From an uncultured delta proteobacterium (lineage in GTDB: Bacteria > Desulfobacterota > Syntrophobacteria > Syntrophobacterales > Syntrophobacteraceae), in assembly GCA_963808625.1 (NCBI GenBank), contig CAWEHK010000054.1, positions 19,123 to 83,122 on the forward strand: 64,000 nt of DNA. Direction: 5' to 3'. Positions within the stretch are counted from its first letter, which is position 1; each line of letters starts with the position of its first letter. A model generated the notes under the pieces. That model searched no databases. It was not told the DNA's origin and saw only the letters and a list, made by a program, of their open reading frames with translations. This document shows positions 29,586-39,052 of this stretch, in pieces. The translations under genes were made by a program, and so were the position numbers.

Positions 29586-29605
29586 ATAACTGTCCGGATT
29601 CGTTT

Positions 29606-29669
29606 CGTCATACCGGCGAAAGCCGGTATCCAGGTAGCGTTCTGGATTCCCGTTGTCACCGGAATGACG
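29606..29669. repeat. Head-to-head pair of REP family A hairpins
   Basis: CGTCATACCGGCGAAAGCCGGTATCCAG followed by CTGGATTCCCGTTGTCACCGGAATGACG. The same pair architecture occurs at 50725..50796. Confidence 0.7.
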
Positions 29670-29802
29670 CGTCAGGTCTATGGTCACTTTGTTCTGTGGC
29701 GTTGTACTTTGTGCTGTGCTTGCTGGAGCATTCTCTTTCGGAGAACGCCAACAGAAGGCGATGCCGGGCATCGGGACGGGCGGCATCGCAGCAGCAGGAG
29801 CT

Positions 29803-31170
29803 TCAGGTCTCTTTCGCATCATCAATGCCGTATCCCTTCATTTTTTCGATCAAGGTCTTGCGGTTTATGCCTAGCAGATCCGCGGCCCGGGACCGGATGC
29901 CCTGCGTCCGTTTCAGGGCCAGCGTGACGAAACACCGCTCGGCGTCTTTCAGGTTCAGGTCCGGTATGGCGCCAAACTCCTCCTGGTCTTCTTTGAACGG
30001 CAGGTGGCTGGTGGTGATGATGGTGGAATTGCGGCAGGTGATCACCGCCCTTTCGATGACATTCATCAGCTCGCGGACGTTTCCCGGCCAGTCGTAATTC
30101 TGGAGGGCCAGCATGGCGCCGCCGGAAATCTCGGTAATCGGACGACGGTAGGTCTGAGTCAATTTCTTGAGGTAAAACTCGGCAAGGTCCGGAATGTCGT
30201 CCCGTCGGCTGCGAAGCGGTGGAATGTCAATGACGTAGAGGTTGAGACGGTACAGAAGGTCTTTCCGAAAGCGCCCGGCGGCCACCCGCTCTTCGAGGTC
30301 CCGGTTGGTGGCGGCAAGGACGCGAAAATCCGAACTTATCCTGGAAGTTCCCCCGACCCGCATGAAGCTCTTGGTCTCGATCACCCGGAGGAGCTTCGCT
30401 TGAAAGGCGGCTGAGGCCTCGCCGATCTCATCGAGGAGGATCGAACCCTCGTTGGCCAGTTCGAGGAAGCCTTTCCGGAGACCGACGGCCCCCGTAAAAG
30501 CACCCCGCTCATGCCCGAAGAGCTCGCTTTCGAGCACCCCTGGCGCGAACTTGGCGCAGTTGATCTCGAAGAAAGGTTTGTCCCGCCGCTCACTGCGGTT
30601 GTGGATATCCTGAGCCACCAGTTCCTTGCCGGTTCCGGTCTCGCCACTGATCAGGACCGGCACGGGAAGCTCCGCCACCTCCTCGATCTGCTCCCGTACT
30701 CGCTGCATGGCCGCAGAGCGCCCGATGATCGCGACCGGCCCCTTCGCTTGAAGCGACCGCTCCCGGCTGAGATGATCGAGCTGTTTCAGCAGCTTGCGCT
30801 TCTCGAGCGCCTCGCGAAGGGTCGTCCAGAAGAGGTCCAGTTTATCGGTGAGCGGCTTCTCGAAGTAGTGAAAGGCCCCCTGCTTCACGGCCCGAATGGC
30901 CTCTTCCGTGGAACCGAACGCGGTGATCATGATCACCGGGATGTCCGGGCGGCTGTCCTGGACCCTGGTGAAAAGCTCCGTTCCCGTCATCCCCGGCATC
31001 TGCACGTCCGAGATGATCACGTCGACGGAGGTCTCTTCCAGGACTTCGAGGGCATGGGAAGCAGAGGCCGCAGGAATGACCTCCAGCTCATGAGCCGCAA
31101 ACTCCGGAGCGAACAGCTCCAGAAAAGCCGCATCATCATCTACCAGCAACACCTTGGGCCGGGTTGTCAT
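29803..31170 (-). CDS. Sigma-54-dependent response regulator (NtrC family: REC + AAA+ + Fis-type HTH)
   Basis: VLLVDDD...DVQMPGMTG (REC), GETGTGKE (Walker A), HERGAFTGA (the GAFTGA sigma-54 contact loop), and a C-terminal ..RAADLLGINRKTLIEKMK HTH. Confidence 0.9.
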   Translation of the reverse strand: MTTRPKVLLVDDDAAFLELFAPEFAAHELEVIPAASASHALEVLEETSVDVIISDVQMPGMTGTELFTRVQDSRPDIPVIMITAFGSTEEAIRAVKQGAFHYFEKPLTDKLDLFWTTLREALEKRKLLKQLDHLSRERSLQAKGPVAIIGRSAAMQRVREQIEEVAELPVPVLISGETGTGKELVAQDIHNRSERRDKPFFEINCAKFAPGVLESELFGHERGAFTGAVGLRKGFLELANEGSILLDEIGEASAAFQAKLLRVIETKSFMRVGGTSRISSDFRVLAATNRDLEERVAAGRFRKDLLYRLNLYVIDIPPLRSRRDDIPDLAEFYLKKLTQTYRRPITEISGGAMLALQNYDWPGNVRELMNVIERAVITCRNSTIITTSHLPFKEDQEEFGAIPDLNLKDAERCFVTLALKRTQGIRSRAADLLGINRKTLIEKMKGYGIDDAKET

Positions 31171-31224
31171 GTAACTTTTCCCCTATATTACAACACAGTA
31201 GAAGAAACTGTCCCTATCCCCCGC

Positions 31225-31500
31225 CGTCATTCCCGCATGCTCCTGGCGGGAATCCAGCAACAAGGCCAGGATGCCCACCTTCACGGGCATAACGACCGGA
31301 ATTGAGACAGTCCTGTGTGCGGACCTTCGCTCGTGCGCTCGTTCCCAAGCTCCAGCTTGGGAACGCAGGCCGGAAGCTCCGGCTTCCGCTGCCTCTTGGG
31401 TATCAGATGGCGTCCGCACATCCGGCGAAGCTGGAGCTTCCAAACCGGTGGGTTCCCAAGCCAGAGCTTGGGAACCAGCTTCAAACCTGCCGTCCGAAAA
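31225..31500. repeat. Cluster of intergenic palindromes (REP family A copy plus family B GTTCCCAAGC..GCTTGGGAAC hairpins)
   Basis: 31225..31257 CGTCATTCCCGC...GCGGGAATCCAG. 31339..31364 CGTTCCCAAGCTCCAGCTTGGGAACG. 31449..31475 GGTTCCCAAGCCAGAGCTTGGGAACC. Also GGAAGCTCCGGCTTCC and GAAGCTGGAGCTTC. Confidence 0.75.
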
Positions 31501-31655
31501 TATTCGCTCGCTTCTCTCCGGAAGCAACGCTTCCTCCGAAAAATCGAAGATTTCACCATTTAAGAAGTGCTAAACGGCAGTTCAGGGGTGTTTTCTTCTA
31601 GCAGAGACATCCGGAAGTGTAAATTTGAAAAATACCTGTTCCTGGAACTTTTCTA

Positions 31656-31718
31656 ACTGAGTAAATTCGTAACAGATAATTCTCCCCAAATCGCCATGTG
31701 CGAGGTGATTTGTTGCAG
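31656..31718 (+). promoter_or_regulatory. Bipartite upstream motif ACTGAGTAAATTCGT-N38-TTTGTTGCAG (copy 2)
   Basis: Same words and same gap as 11900..11962. Lies 148 nt upstream of the -24/-12-like element at 31804. Confidence 0.5.
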
Positions 31719-31803
31719 CCGGATGAACAAGGGCTGGCAACGCCGCAATTGCTTACTCAATCGATTCAAAGGCTTATCATGGAAATTACAGCCAACGCGA
31801 ACC

Positions 31804-31819
31804 TGGCATGATTCTTGGT
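31804..31819 (+). promoter_or_regulatory. Candidate sigma-54 promoter (near-consensus)
   Basis: TGGCAT-GATTC-TTGGT has correct GG spacing, but the -12 element is GG instead of GC. Supported mainly by the shared upstream architecture and the adjacent divergent NtrC-type gene. Confidence 0.35.
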
Positions 31820-32027
31820 TATAGGAGACTTCAGTCATCCTACAACGCGGAGGTCTTCCTCCCTAATCGTTGCTGCGTTCCCGAGAGCGCATCAACCGGG
31901 GCCCGGCTTGATGCCGGGCCTCACCCATCCTTTTAGGCATTGGAAATGAGCAGGAATTCAGCCAGGAGGTTTGAGCTCGAGGCAATCACCATCAATCACT
32001 CAACCAATCATGAAGAAGGAGTACGTT

Positions 32028-33758
32028 ATGAAAAAGGTGAACATGAAAACCACAATTCGAATGAGGAGGAGAGGAATGAAGAGGACAGGATTGCGTTGCG
32101 GGCTGTTCGTTGCATTTCTTTCACTTTTGCTGTTTGCCGGGGCCTTTCCAGTTGCTGCTACGGTCATCTTCAGTGATGACTTCGAGACGGGACAGGGAGA
32201 TTGGAACATTGAGAATGGTATCTGGGAAATCGGGACTCCCACTTCCGGGCCGAATGGGTGTCACGGCGGCGCAAACTGCGCAGGTACGGTTCTGAGTGGA
32301 AATTATCCAGATTGCACTGATAGTCGCCTCATCAGTCCGCCGATTACCCTCCCTGCCGTGACCGGCCATGAGGAGATTCAACTCCGGTTCTGGCACTGGT
32401 TCTACTACCAGCCGGGTGGGGCTGATTGGGGCGTCGTTCAGATCTCTGCGTATAATCCTGACACTCTCAAGTGGTCAGGATGGGCGGATATCAGCGGCGC
32501 TATTTGGGAGATCGGTGCTGTCTGGTCATTGAGAAATGTTGATCTGACCGCTTATGCCGGGAAAAGGGTGAAAATCGCATTTGCCCATGTCGCCGACTGC
32601 GGTTCTACCTATCCAGGCTGGTACATCGATGACGTCCAAGTGGATAAGTATGTCCCTGTCTTCAGTGGTGACTTCGAGGGCGGCTGGGGAGACTGGTCTG
32701 CTGACAACGGCGTCTGGGAAATCGGGACTCCTACCGTTGGGCCGAAGGCGTGTTATGGGGGATCGAACTGTGCCGGCACAGTTCTAAATGGGAGTTATCC
32801 GGACTGCACCGATAGTCGCCTCATCATGCCTACAATGACACTCCCCACTGTCACCGGCGACAAAGAGGTTATCCTGAGGTTTTGGCACTGGTTCTATTAT
32901 CAACCCGGGGGCGCCGATTACGGGGTCGTTCAGATCTCTGTCAACAATGGGAGTGGGGTGTGGTCGAAATGGGCAAATCTAAGCAATCCTATCGTGGAGA
33001 TTAGTAGTAAATGGTCACGAAAGGATGTTGATCTGACCGCTTATGCCGGGAAAACGGTGAGGATCGCATTTGTCCATGTCCCCGATTGTGGATCCACGTA
33101 TGCTGGCTGGTACATCGATGACGTCTACATCGCGCCTCCACCGTGTCCGCTCCCAATCATTACATCTTTTGCTGCAAAGCCAACCTTAGGACCGTCTCCG
33201 TTACACGTTAAGTTTACCTGCAAGGCAACAGATTCAGATGGAACCATCGAGAAATACCAATGGGATTTTGGTGATGGTAACCAGAGCGAGACGGACAATG
33301 GAACAATTCAACACACCTACCCAAAGGATGGTGTCTACAAGCCAAAGGTGACGGTGGTTGACAATTGTGGCGGCAGTACCTCGAAGTCCACTAAGATCAT
33401 GGTGGGAATTAATCCAGAATTGACTGGAAAGGCTGAAGAATACCAGTTTTCTGACTTAACCAAGACCATCAACATAAAATTCAGGGTTACCAACTCTGGC
33501 AACCTTGCTGCAGGTCCTTTCAAAGTGAGCTTCCATCTTTCGACCAATGGTACTACGCCGCTTGCTGCGTTCAAGGAGCTTCAAGTTGATGCTCTCGGAG
33601 TCAAGCAGAGCACGCTCCTGGATGTTGACCAGACCTTCACAAGTTCAATTTATGGCAAGTATATTCTTATCTACATCGACCCCAAGCATGAGCTTCCGGA
33701 GCTGGATGACACAACCAATGGGACACGAATAGTCATCCAGAACATGACCACCAAATAG
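32028..33758 (+). CDS. Secreted protein: two ~165-aa Cys-containing repeat domains + PKD domain + CARDB-like C-terminal domain
   Basis: Signal peptide ..MKRTGLRCGLFVAFLSLLLFAGAFPVAA. Internal duplication (FSDDFETGQGDWNIENGIWEIGTP...GWYIDDVQV versus FSGDFEGGWGDWSADNGVWEIGTP...GWYIDDVYI). PKD-like YQWDFGDGN...YKPKVTVVDNCGG. The start could be 31971, 32028 or 32076. Confidence 0.8.
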   Translation: MKKVNMKTTIRMRRRGMKRTGLRCGLFVAFLSLLLFAGAFPVAATVIFSDDFETGQGDWNIENGIWEIGTPTSGPNGCHGGANCAGTVLSGNYPDCTDSRLISPPITLPAVTGHEEIQLRFWHWFYYQPGGADWGVVQISAYNPDTLKWSGWADISGAIWEIGAVWSLRNVDLTAYAGKRVKIAFAHVADCGSTYPGWYIDDVQVDKYVPVFSGDFEGGWGDWSADNGVWEIGTPTVGPKACYGGSNCAGTVLNGSYPDCTDSRLIMPTMTLPTVTGDKEVILRFWHWFYYQPGGADYGVVQISVNNGSGVWSKWANLSNPIVEISSKWSRKDVDLTAYAGKTVRIAFVHVPDCGSTYAGWYIDDVYIAPPPCPLPIITSFAAKPTLGPSPLHVKFTCKATDSDGTIEKYQWDFGDGNQSETDNGTIQHTYPKDGVYKPKVTVVDNCGGSTSKSTKIMVGINPELTGKAEEYQFSDLTKTINIKFRVTNSGNLAAGPFKVSFHLSTNGTTPLAAFKELQVDALGVKQSTLLDVDQTFTSSIYGKYILIYIDPKHELPELDDTTNGTRIVIQNMTTK

Positions 33759-33764
33759 CAAAAT

Positions 33765-33816
33765 GGAGGGTCTTGGGAGCAGAGTCGGCAAGCCCACAAG
33801 CCTCCCAAGACCCTCC
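33765..33816 (+). terminator. 15-bp stem hairpin 7 nt after the stop codon
   Basis: GGAGGGTCTTGGGAG-N22-CTCCCAAGACCCTCC. No clear U-tract. Confidence 0.4.
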
Positions 33817-34182
33817 GGAAATTCCAGTACGCGGTTAATATTGCTACCCAATTTGAGTGATTTTGAGGCTCCGGTCACCGATTCGGGCGGGCATAAACCC
33901 CGCCCCTACGAGAGGCTGGCTAACCCACTCAGTACGCGATGCATCAATCGTCCAACGCTGCCGACAGGCACGCTCTCCTGGACAGATAACCGTCTTTATC
34001 AGGAAAAGGTTTTGCTGAGCTACCGAGCGGTTTTCTGCGGCAGCGAGGTGCTTGATCTCCATATCGAGCTCCTTTTGAATACCTGTCCCGCCCTCAGATC
34101 AAGAAAATAGTACTTGAAGTAGACAGCCATGCACCCTTAAAATAAGATGAAGATGCCATAAAATCCTGGCAGGAGAGAAGCC

Positions 34183-34455
34183 ATGAAAAAAAGGACCCTT
34201 CGTAATTTCCATGTGCCCTTGTCTGAGGACCTTTACCGGAGGTTGCGGGAAGAAGCGGACCGCTCCAGGCAACCCGCTACCGCCCTTGCCAGGCATGCCA
34301 TTGATAACTGGCTGAAGCAAGAGCGGAAAGCCGCTCTTCACAGCGCCATCGCAACATACGCCGTACGCCATGCCGGAACCGCTCTTGACCTCGATGAGGA
34401 CCTTGAAGCAGCGTCACTGGAACACCTGCTAACTCAAGAGGAAAGCGGACAATGA
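34183..34455 (+). CDS. Ribbon-helix-helix antitoxin (MazE/CopG-like)
   Basis: 90 aa. The N-terminus KKRTLRNFHVPLSEDLYRRLREEA has an RHH pattern. 4-nt overlap with the toxin gene. Confidence 0.7.
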   Translation: MKKRTLRNFHVPLSEDLYRRLREEADRSRQPATALARHAIDNWLKQERKAALHSAIATYAVRHAGTALDLDEDLEAASLEHLLTQEESGQ

Positions 34456-34799
34456 AACGGGGAGACATCTGCTGGGCTGAAATTGCACCCCGTTCCGGTT
34501 CTGAGCAAAGCGGTCGCAGGCCTGTCATCATTGTCTCCCACGACGGATTCAACCAGGCTCCCGGGTGGCGTTCCATTATCGTGGTGCCGCTTTCCACCTC
34601 AGCGACCCAGGCGATGCGCGGCCCGACGGCCGTCAATATTCCACAAGGAGTTGGCGGCCTCAGAAAAGCCAGCATCGCCCTGTGTCACCAGGTCACTACG
34701 CTGGACCGAGGGAAGCTCACCGAGCGCATGGGAAGCCTGCCCAAAGATCTTCTAGAGCAGGTCGAAGAAAGTTTGAAAAGTGCGCTCGATCTTGAATAG
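34452..34799 (+). CDS. mazF: MazF/PemK-family endoribonuclease toxin
   Basis: MKRGDICWAEIAPRSGSEQSGRRPVIIVS...ALCHQVTTLDRGKL is the canonical PemK pattern. Confidence 0.85.
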   Translation: MKRGDICWAEIAPRSGSEQSGRRPVIIVSHDGFNQAPGWRSIIVVPLSTSATQAMRGPTAVNIPQGVGGLRKASIALCHQVTTLDRGKLTERMGSLPKDLLEQVEESLKSALDLE

Positions 34800-34888
34800 T
34801 GTGTCCAAAAAGTCCTTCTCAGCGTCTATCCCGCATGCCCCCCGTCTAATGCCCGCACGGACATGCTCTGGCGGGGGGCTAAAAGCAT

Positions 34889-34921
34889 CTGGATTCCCGC
34901 TAAAAGCCTGCGGGAATGACG
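34889..34921. repeat. REP family A hairpin
   Basis: CTGGATTCCCGCTAAAAGCCTGCGGGAATGACG. Confidence 0.7.
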
Positions 34922-35015
34922 CTCTGGGGCCCTTTCGGTTCTGTAGGCATTCAATACCCCATGGAGAATCCTTGTGTTGACGTAACTCTGCCCTTCACAG
35001 AATCTGTCGTTCAAG

Positions 35016-35049
35016 AAAATCTGTTTGACAAAATCTGTTTGACAAAATC
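35016..35049 (+). repeat. 2.5 tandem copies of AAAATCTGTTTGAC upstream of serC
   Basis: Read directly. Each unit contains TTGACA. A degenerate extra copy lies at 34998..35013. Confidence 0.6.
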
Positions 35050-35137
35050 GAAGCCGAAAATTAGCGTGGCGCGGTTATCTTGGAAACGATCGCGGAGGTT
35101 TTCCGCGACCATCTCATTTCGTGAGGAGTGCCAACCT

Positions 35138-36276
35138 ATGGCAGAACGCATTCATAACTTCAACGCTGGCCCGGCGGCTTTGCCGCTCCCGGTGCTCGAG
35201 GAAATTCAACGGGACATGCTGAACTTCCGGGCACGGGCATGTCCATCCTGGAAATCAGCCACCGGTCGAAACCGTTCGAGAGCGTCTTGGATGATACCAT
35301 CGCCCGCATCAAGCGCCTGCTCCATCTCGATGACCGCTACCAGGTGCTGTTCCTCCAGGGAGGAGCAAGCCTTCAGTTTTGCATGATTCCCATGAATCTG
35401 GCACTGCCCGGCAAACCCCTGGCCTATATCGACACCGGCACCTGGGCCACCAACGCCATCAAGCAAGCCAGGATCCAGGGAAAACCCGTCACCGTCGTCG
35501 CCAGTTCGGAAGACCGGGAATACACGTATATTCCCAAAGACTATGCCGTGCCCGCCGACGCGGCCTATCTCCACTTCACTTCCAACAACACCATCCGCGG
35601 GACCCAGTGGCGCGACTTTCCCGAGGCCGGCGACGTGCCTCTCATCAGTGACATGTCTTCCGACATCTTCAGCCGGACTTTCGATCCACAGCCGCTCGGG
35701 CTGATCTATGCCGGGGCCCAGAAGAATGCCGGGCCGGCTGGAGTCACGCTGGTAATCATTCGCGATGACATGCTGGCGCGCGTTCCCAAAGACCTTCCGA
35801 CCATGCTGCAATACACGACTTTCGCGGAAAAGAAGTCGATGTTCAACACGCCGCCATGCTTTGCCGTCTACGTCGTCAACCTGGTGATGAAGTGGCTCGA
35901 AGAGACCATCGGCGGTCTGGCCAAAATGGAGGCAATCAATCAACAAAAAGCCCGGTTGATCTACGAATACCTCGATGGTCAGGATTTTTATCGCGGCACG
36001 GCGGTGCCGGATTCCCGGTCACACATGAACATTACCTTTCGGCTGCCGACCCCGGAACTGGAGGAGACGTTTCTGAAACTAGCTACCGCCAACGGCCTCG
36101 GGGGCCTGAAGGGGCATCGTTCGGTGGGCGGGTGCCGGGCTTCTCTGTACAATGCCGTCCCTCTTGAATCAGTCCAGGCCCTCGTGGACTTCATGAAGGA
36201 ATTCCTTAGAGAAGAACGGATAAGGCGCGCCAGAGATGACCTCGTGCCAGGATTACCACCGCCATACAAGCTATGA
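35138..36276 (+). CDS. serC: 3-phosphoserine aminotransferase, one frameshift at the G-run 35229..35231
   Basis: GAGGAG before the ATG at 35138. MAERIHNFNAGPAALPLPVLEEIQRDMLNFR, then (one G missing) GTGMSILEISHRSKPFESV...VLFLQGGASLQF... Confidence 0.85.
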
Positions 36277-37756
36277 CCGGCACCAGATGGAAGGCCATTT
36301 TTTGGATTGGTCCAATCAGCCGAGCGTCTACAAGGAATATGACGACCTCAAGGCTGTTCCGTTGCCGGTTGCAGCACCCGCGCCGGAAGTCTCACTCTCC
36401 GAGATCGTGCTGAGCGACCGCGGGGAAGAACTGCCGGCATCTTTTTCCCTGGAACAATTGAGCCGGATTTTTTCCCTGGCGTATTGCCTCACCGCCAGGA
36501 GTGTCCATGCAAATGGTGAATTTTTCTACCGGAGCGTCCCCTCAGCCGGAGCGCTCTACCCATATGAACTCTACGTGGCTGCCCGCTCCCTTTCAGGCCT
36601 GCCGGACGGGCTCTACCATTACGCCATCAGCCGGCGAGCTCTGGTACAGGTTCGTCCCGGCAATTACCTCGATGAGCTCTGTTCCCCCTTGCGACCAGGG
36701 GCGGCGGAAGAGGCCCCGCGGTTGATGTTTTTTGTGACGGCGATCTTTTTCCGCAGCGCCTGGAAGTATCGAGCACGCTCCTACCGGTACCATCTCATGG
36801 ACTCCGGCCACCTTCTCGAAAGTCTCATCCTGGCGCTGAAGGCGCTTGGTTTGCCGGGCGAACTAATTCTTGATTTCGACGATGAAGGAATCAACTCTTT
36901 TCTGGGCTGCGACACGGAGCGGGAAGTCTGCCTGGGCCTCGTTTCGGTCGGTTGCCAGGGGGAATTTGCGGGACTTGCAGCAAACCTCCCGGCCGGGCTG
37001 CCGGAGGCCCTTGCTGCGGCCAGCCGGGTCGCGCCGAAGGAGATCGTTTATCCGGCTTTGCAGGACATACACCTTGCCGGCTCCAGGGTGGGCGCGCCAC
37101 CAGGCGTGATCCCGGCGATGATCGGGGAGGTGGGCGACCTTCCGACTTCCTGGCAGCCCATCCCCGAAGCTAAAGTCTGGCCGGAACAGATGCCGTACGG
37201 CGAAGCGGTGAGGCAGCGGCGCTCCCGTCGTAATTTTATTAACGAGGCACTACCCCAGGCTGTTTTTCAAGCTTTCACAACGTTGCTTTGCGCCGGCAGC
37301 GAGGCCCCCGGCAGCCGGTCTCGACACCAGCGGCAGACTCTTGCCTTGGGCTTCCTGGCCGGGAATGTGGAAGGGCTCGATCCCGGCTGTTATTGGCTGG
37401 ACCCTTCGCCGCACCGGATTGGCATGACTCGGCCGGGCGCGCTCCTGGCACGGATGGCGCATATTTGCCTCGACCAGGAGTGGCTGACGCAGGCAAGCGT
37501 GCATTTCTTCTTCGTGACGAACCTCGGGCTCCTCGACAAGGTCTGGGGTGCGCGCGGGTATCGCTACGCCATGATGACGGCAGGTCGCCTGGGCCAGATG
37601 GTCTATATGGCAGCGACCTCTTTGGGGCTGGGGTGTTGCGGAATCGGTGCGTTCTATGACAAGGAAGCGGCAGCCTTGCTGGGACTGAACGAGGCCTCGG
37701 CGATGCTTTATCTCCTGGGGGTGGGAGCGGTGAAGCGAGTAAGGAGTAGGGAGTAG
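36236..37756 (+). CDS. SagB/ThcOx-type dehydrogenase (double nitroreductase-fold protein)
   Basis: YHRHTSYDRHQMEGHFLDWSNQPSVYKEY is the typical SagB-type N-terminus. A second half has ...RRSRRNF... and GYRYAMMTAGRLGQMVY. The stop codon lies inside the heptamer array. Confidence 0.7.
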   Translation: MTSCQDYHRHTSYDRHQMEGHFLDWSNQPSVYKEYDDLKAVPLPVAAPAPEVSLSEIVLSDRGEELPASFSLEQLSRIFSLAYCLTARSVHANGEFFYRSVPSAGALYPYELYVAARSLSGLPDGLYHYAISRRALVQVRPGNYLDELCSPLRPGAAEEAPRLMFFVTAIFFRSAWKYRARSYRYHLMDSGHLLESLILALKALGLPGELILDFDDEGINSFLGCDTEREVCLGLVSVGCQGEFAGLAANLPAGLPEALAAASRVAPKEIVYPALQDIHLAGSRVGAPPGVIPAMIGEVGDLPTSWQPIPEAKVWPEQMPYGEAVRQRRSRRNFINEALPQAVFQAFTTLLCAGSEAPGSRSRHQRQTLALGFLAGNVEGLDPGCYWLDPSPHRIGMTRPGALLARMAHICLDQEWLTQASVHFFFVTNLGLLDKVWGARGYRYAMMTAGRLGQMVYMAATSLGLGCCGIGAFYDKEAAALLGLNEASAMLYLLGVGAVKRVRSRE

Positions 37757-37827
37757 GGAGTAGGGAGTAAGGAGTAGGGAGTAAGCAGTAAGGAGGAGGG
37801 AGCAGGGAGTGACGAGTGGGGGGGAGG
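37737..37827. repeat. Heptamer microsatellite, 13 units of GAGTAGG/GAGTAAG
   Basis: Units counted directly. The first units encode the last residues and the stop codon of the SagB-type gene. Confidence 0.9.
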
Positions 37828-38126
37828 GCATCATGAGTGGGTGCAAGCAAAACTGGGAGCTGGGAGTCGCATAAGGCTATGCCGATAGTAGAGCCGGGAT
37901 AAGGAAGGGAAATCAGTGCGATGCTGAGAAAATACCCGTGTGTGTGCAGAGCAAGTCAGTCGAAATCCACAGTGGTTTTGGTGGGCACGGTAAAGCTGTG
38001 CCCACCCTACGCATAGATCGTGGCGCGGCGCATCTACCTGCGCCCACCGAAACCCTACAGGCCATTCGCAATCAGGTGCTGGCCACCGGGGGACGACCGC
38101 CGGCTCCTACTTCAAATTACACCCAT

Positions 38127-38259
38127 CCTCACTTCCTACTTCTTACTTCCTACTCCCTGCTCCCTACTTCTTACTCCTTACTGCCTACTTCCTACTTCCT
38201 ACTCCCTATCCCCTACTCCTTACTGCCTACTTCCTACTTCTTACTCCTTACTGCCTACT
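38127..38259. repeat. Heptamer microsatellite, 19 units of YCCTACT/YCTTACT (reverse complement of the 37737 array)
   Basis: Units counted directly. Ends 4 nt before the xth stop codon. Partial 28-bp super-periodicity (TCTTACT CCTTACT GCCTACT TCCTACT). Confidence 0.9.
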
Positions 38260-38263
38260 CTTT

Positions 38264-39052
38264 TCACAGTTTCTCCAGATCAAACTCCGCCCACACCGGG
38301 GTGTGGTCGCTCGGGGTCTCGCGGCCCCGCAGGTCGTTGTCCACCAGGCAATTCACGCACACGCCGGCGAGCGGACCGGTGGCCAGGATGTGGTCGAGAC
38401 GCCATCCGAGGTTCCGCTCAAAGCTCTTGGGGAGCCGATAGTCCCAGAAGGTGAACTGTTTCTGATCGGGATGATGTTTTCGAAAACAATCGATGAAACC
38501 CCATGAAGACACATCGGAAAGCGCCTGGCGCTCGAGGGGATGACAACCGACGCTGCCCTCGAGACGTTTGGGATCGAAAACATCGAGGGCGGTGGGGGCG
38601 ACATTCAGGTCCCCGGTCCAAAGGAGCGGCTGAGCAGGGTCAAAATGGGCTTGAAGCCAGCGTCTCAGCCGTGCAAAGTAGCCGAGCTTGTACTGAAATG
38701 CCGGGTGATCCGGGTCACGGCCCTGGGGCACATAAGTATTCACGGCCCAGATCCCGTCAACCTTTAGCGCAATGAGCCTCGCTTCCTCGTCCGGTTCACC
38801 GTCGGCAAACTCTCTGATCAGCTGTTCCGGTTTCCGCCTGGTGAAAACGGCAACACCATTGAAAGATTTCTGGCCACGGATGCTGACATGGTAACCCGCT
38901 TCTTCGAAGACCTCCGCGGGGAAATCTTTCTCCTGGCATTTTACTTCCTGTAAACAAAGGACGTCGGGTTGATGTGCCTTGATCCAGTCCACCACTACCG
39001 CCAAGCGGGCTCGGATGCCATTGACATTGAAGGTGGCAAACTTCCAGCTCAT
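38264..39052 (-). CDS. xth: Exodeoxyribonuclease III
   Basis: [17 protein letters not shown]...DVLCLQEVK...WTGDLNVAP...FWDYR...GWRLDHIL...SDHTPVW. Start taken at the internal Met; the ORF is open to 39136. Confidence 0.9.
   Translation of the reverse strand: MSWKFATFNVNGIRARLAVVVDWIKAHQPDVLCLQEVKCQEKDFPAEVFEEAGYHVSIRGQKSFNGVAVFTRRKPEQLIREFADGEPDEEARLIALKVDGIWAVNTYVPQGRDPDHPAFQYKLGYFARLRRWLQAHFDPAQPLLWTGDLNVAPTALDVFDPKRLEGSVGCHPLERQALSDVSSWGFIDCFRKHHPDQKQFTFWDYRLPKSFERNLGWRLDHILATGPLAGVCVNCLVDNDLRGRETPSDHTPVWAEFDLEKL

Noticed and set aside
31733-31751. TGGCAA-N8-TTGCT as a sigma-54 promoter upstream of the secreted-protein gene
   Set aside because: The GG-to-GC spacing is three bp too long for a -24/-12 promoter. 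The element at 31804 has correct spacing and matches the offset seen at the 12047 promoter.
33844-34140. Minus-strand fragments (MAVYFKYYFLDLRAGQVFK.., ..MEIKHLAAAENRSVAQQNLFLIKTVI..) as a toxin or transposase remnant
   Set aside because: No family motif could be recognised. Part of the ORF is a translated GGGCGGGCATAAACCCCGCCCC palindrome.
37737-38259. Possible CRISPR array (regular short repeats)
   Set aside because: The units are contiguous 7-mers with no spacers. The other repeat families are single hairpins scattered between genes. No cas genes are present in the window.
37250-38454. ORFs translating as ..[17 protein letters not shown].. (37250..37846 -, 37275..37850 -, 37938..38441 +, 38020..38454 +)
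   Set aside because: The periodic peptides are simply translations of the heptamer microsatellite arrays, not proteins.
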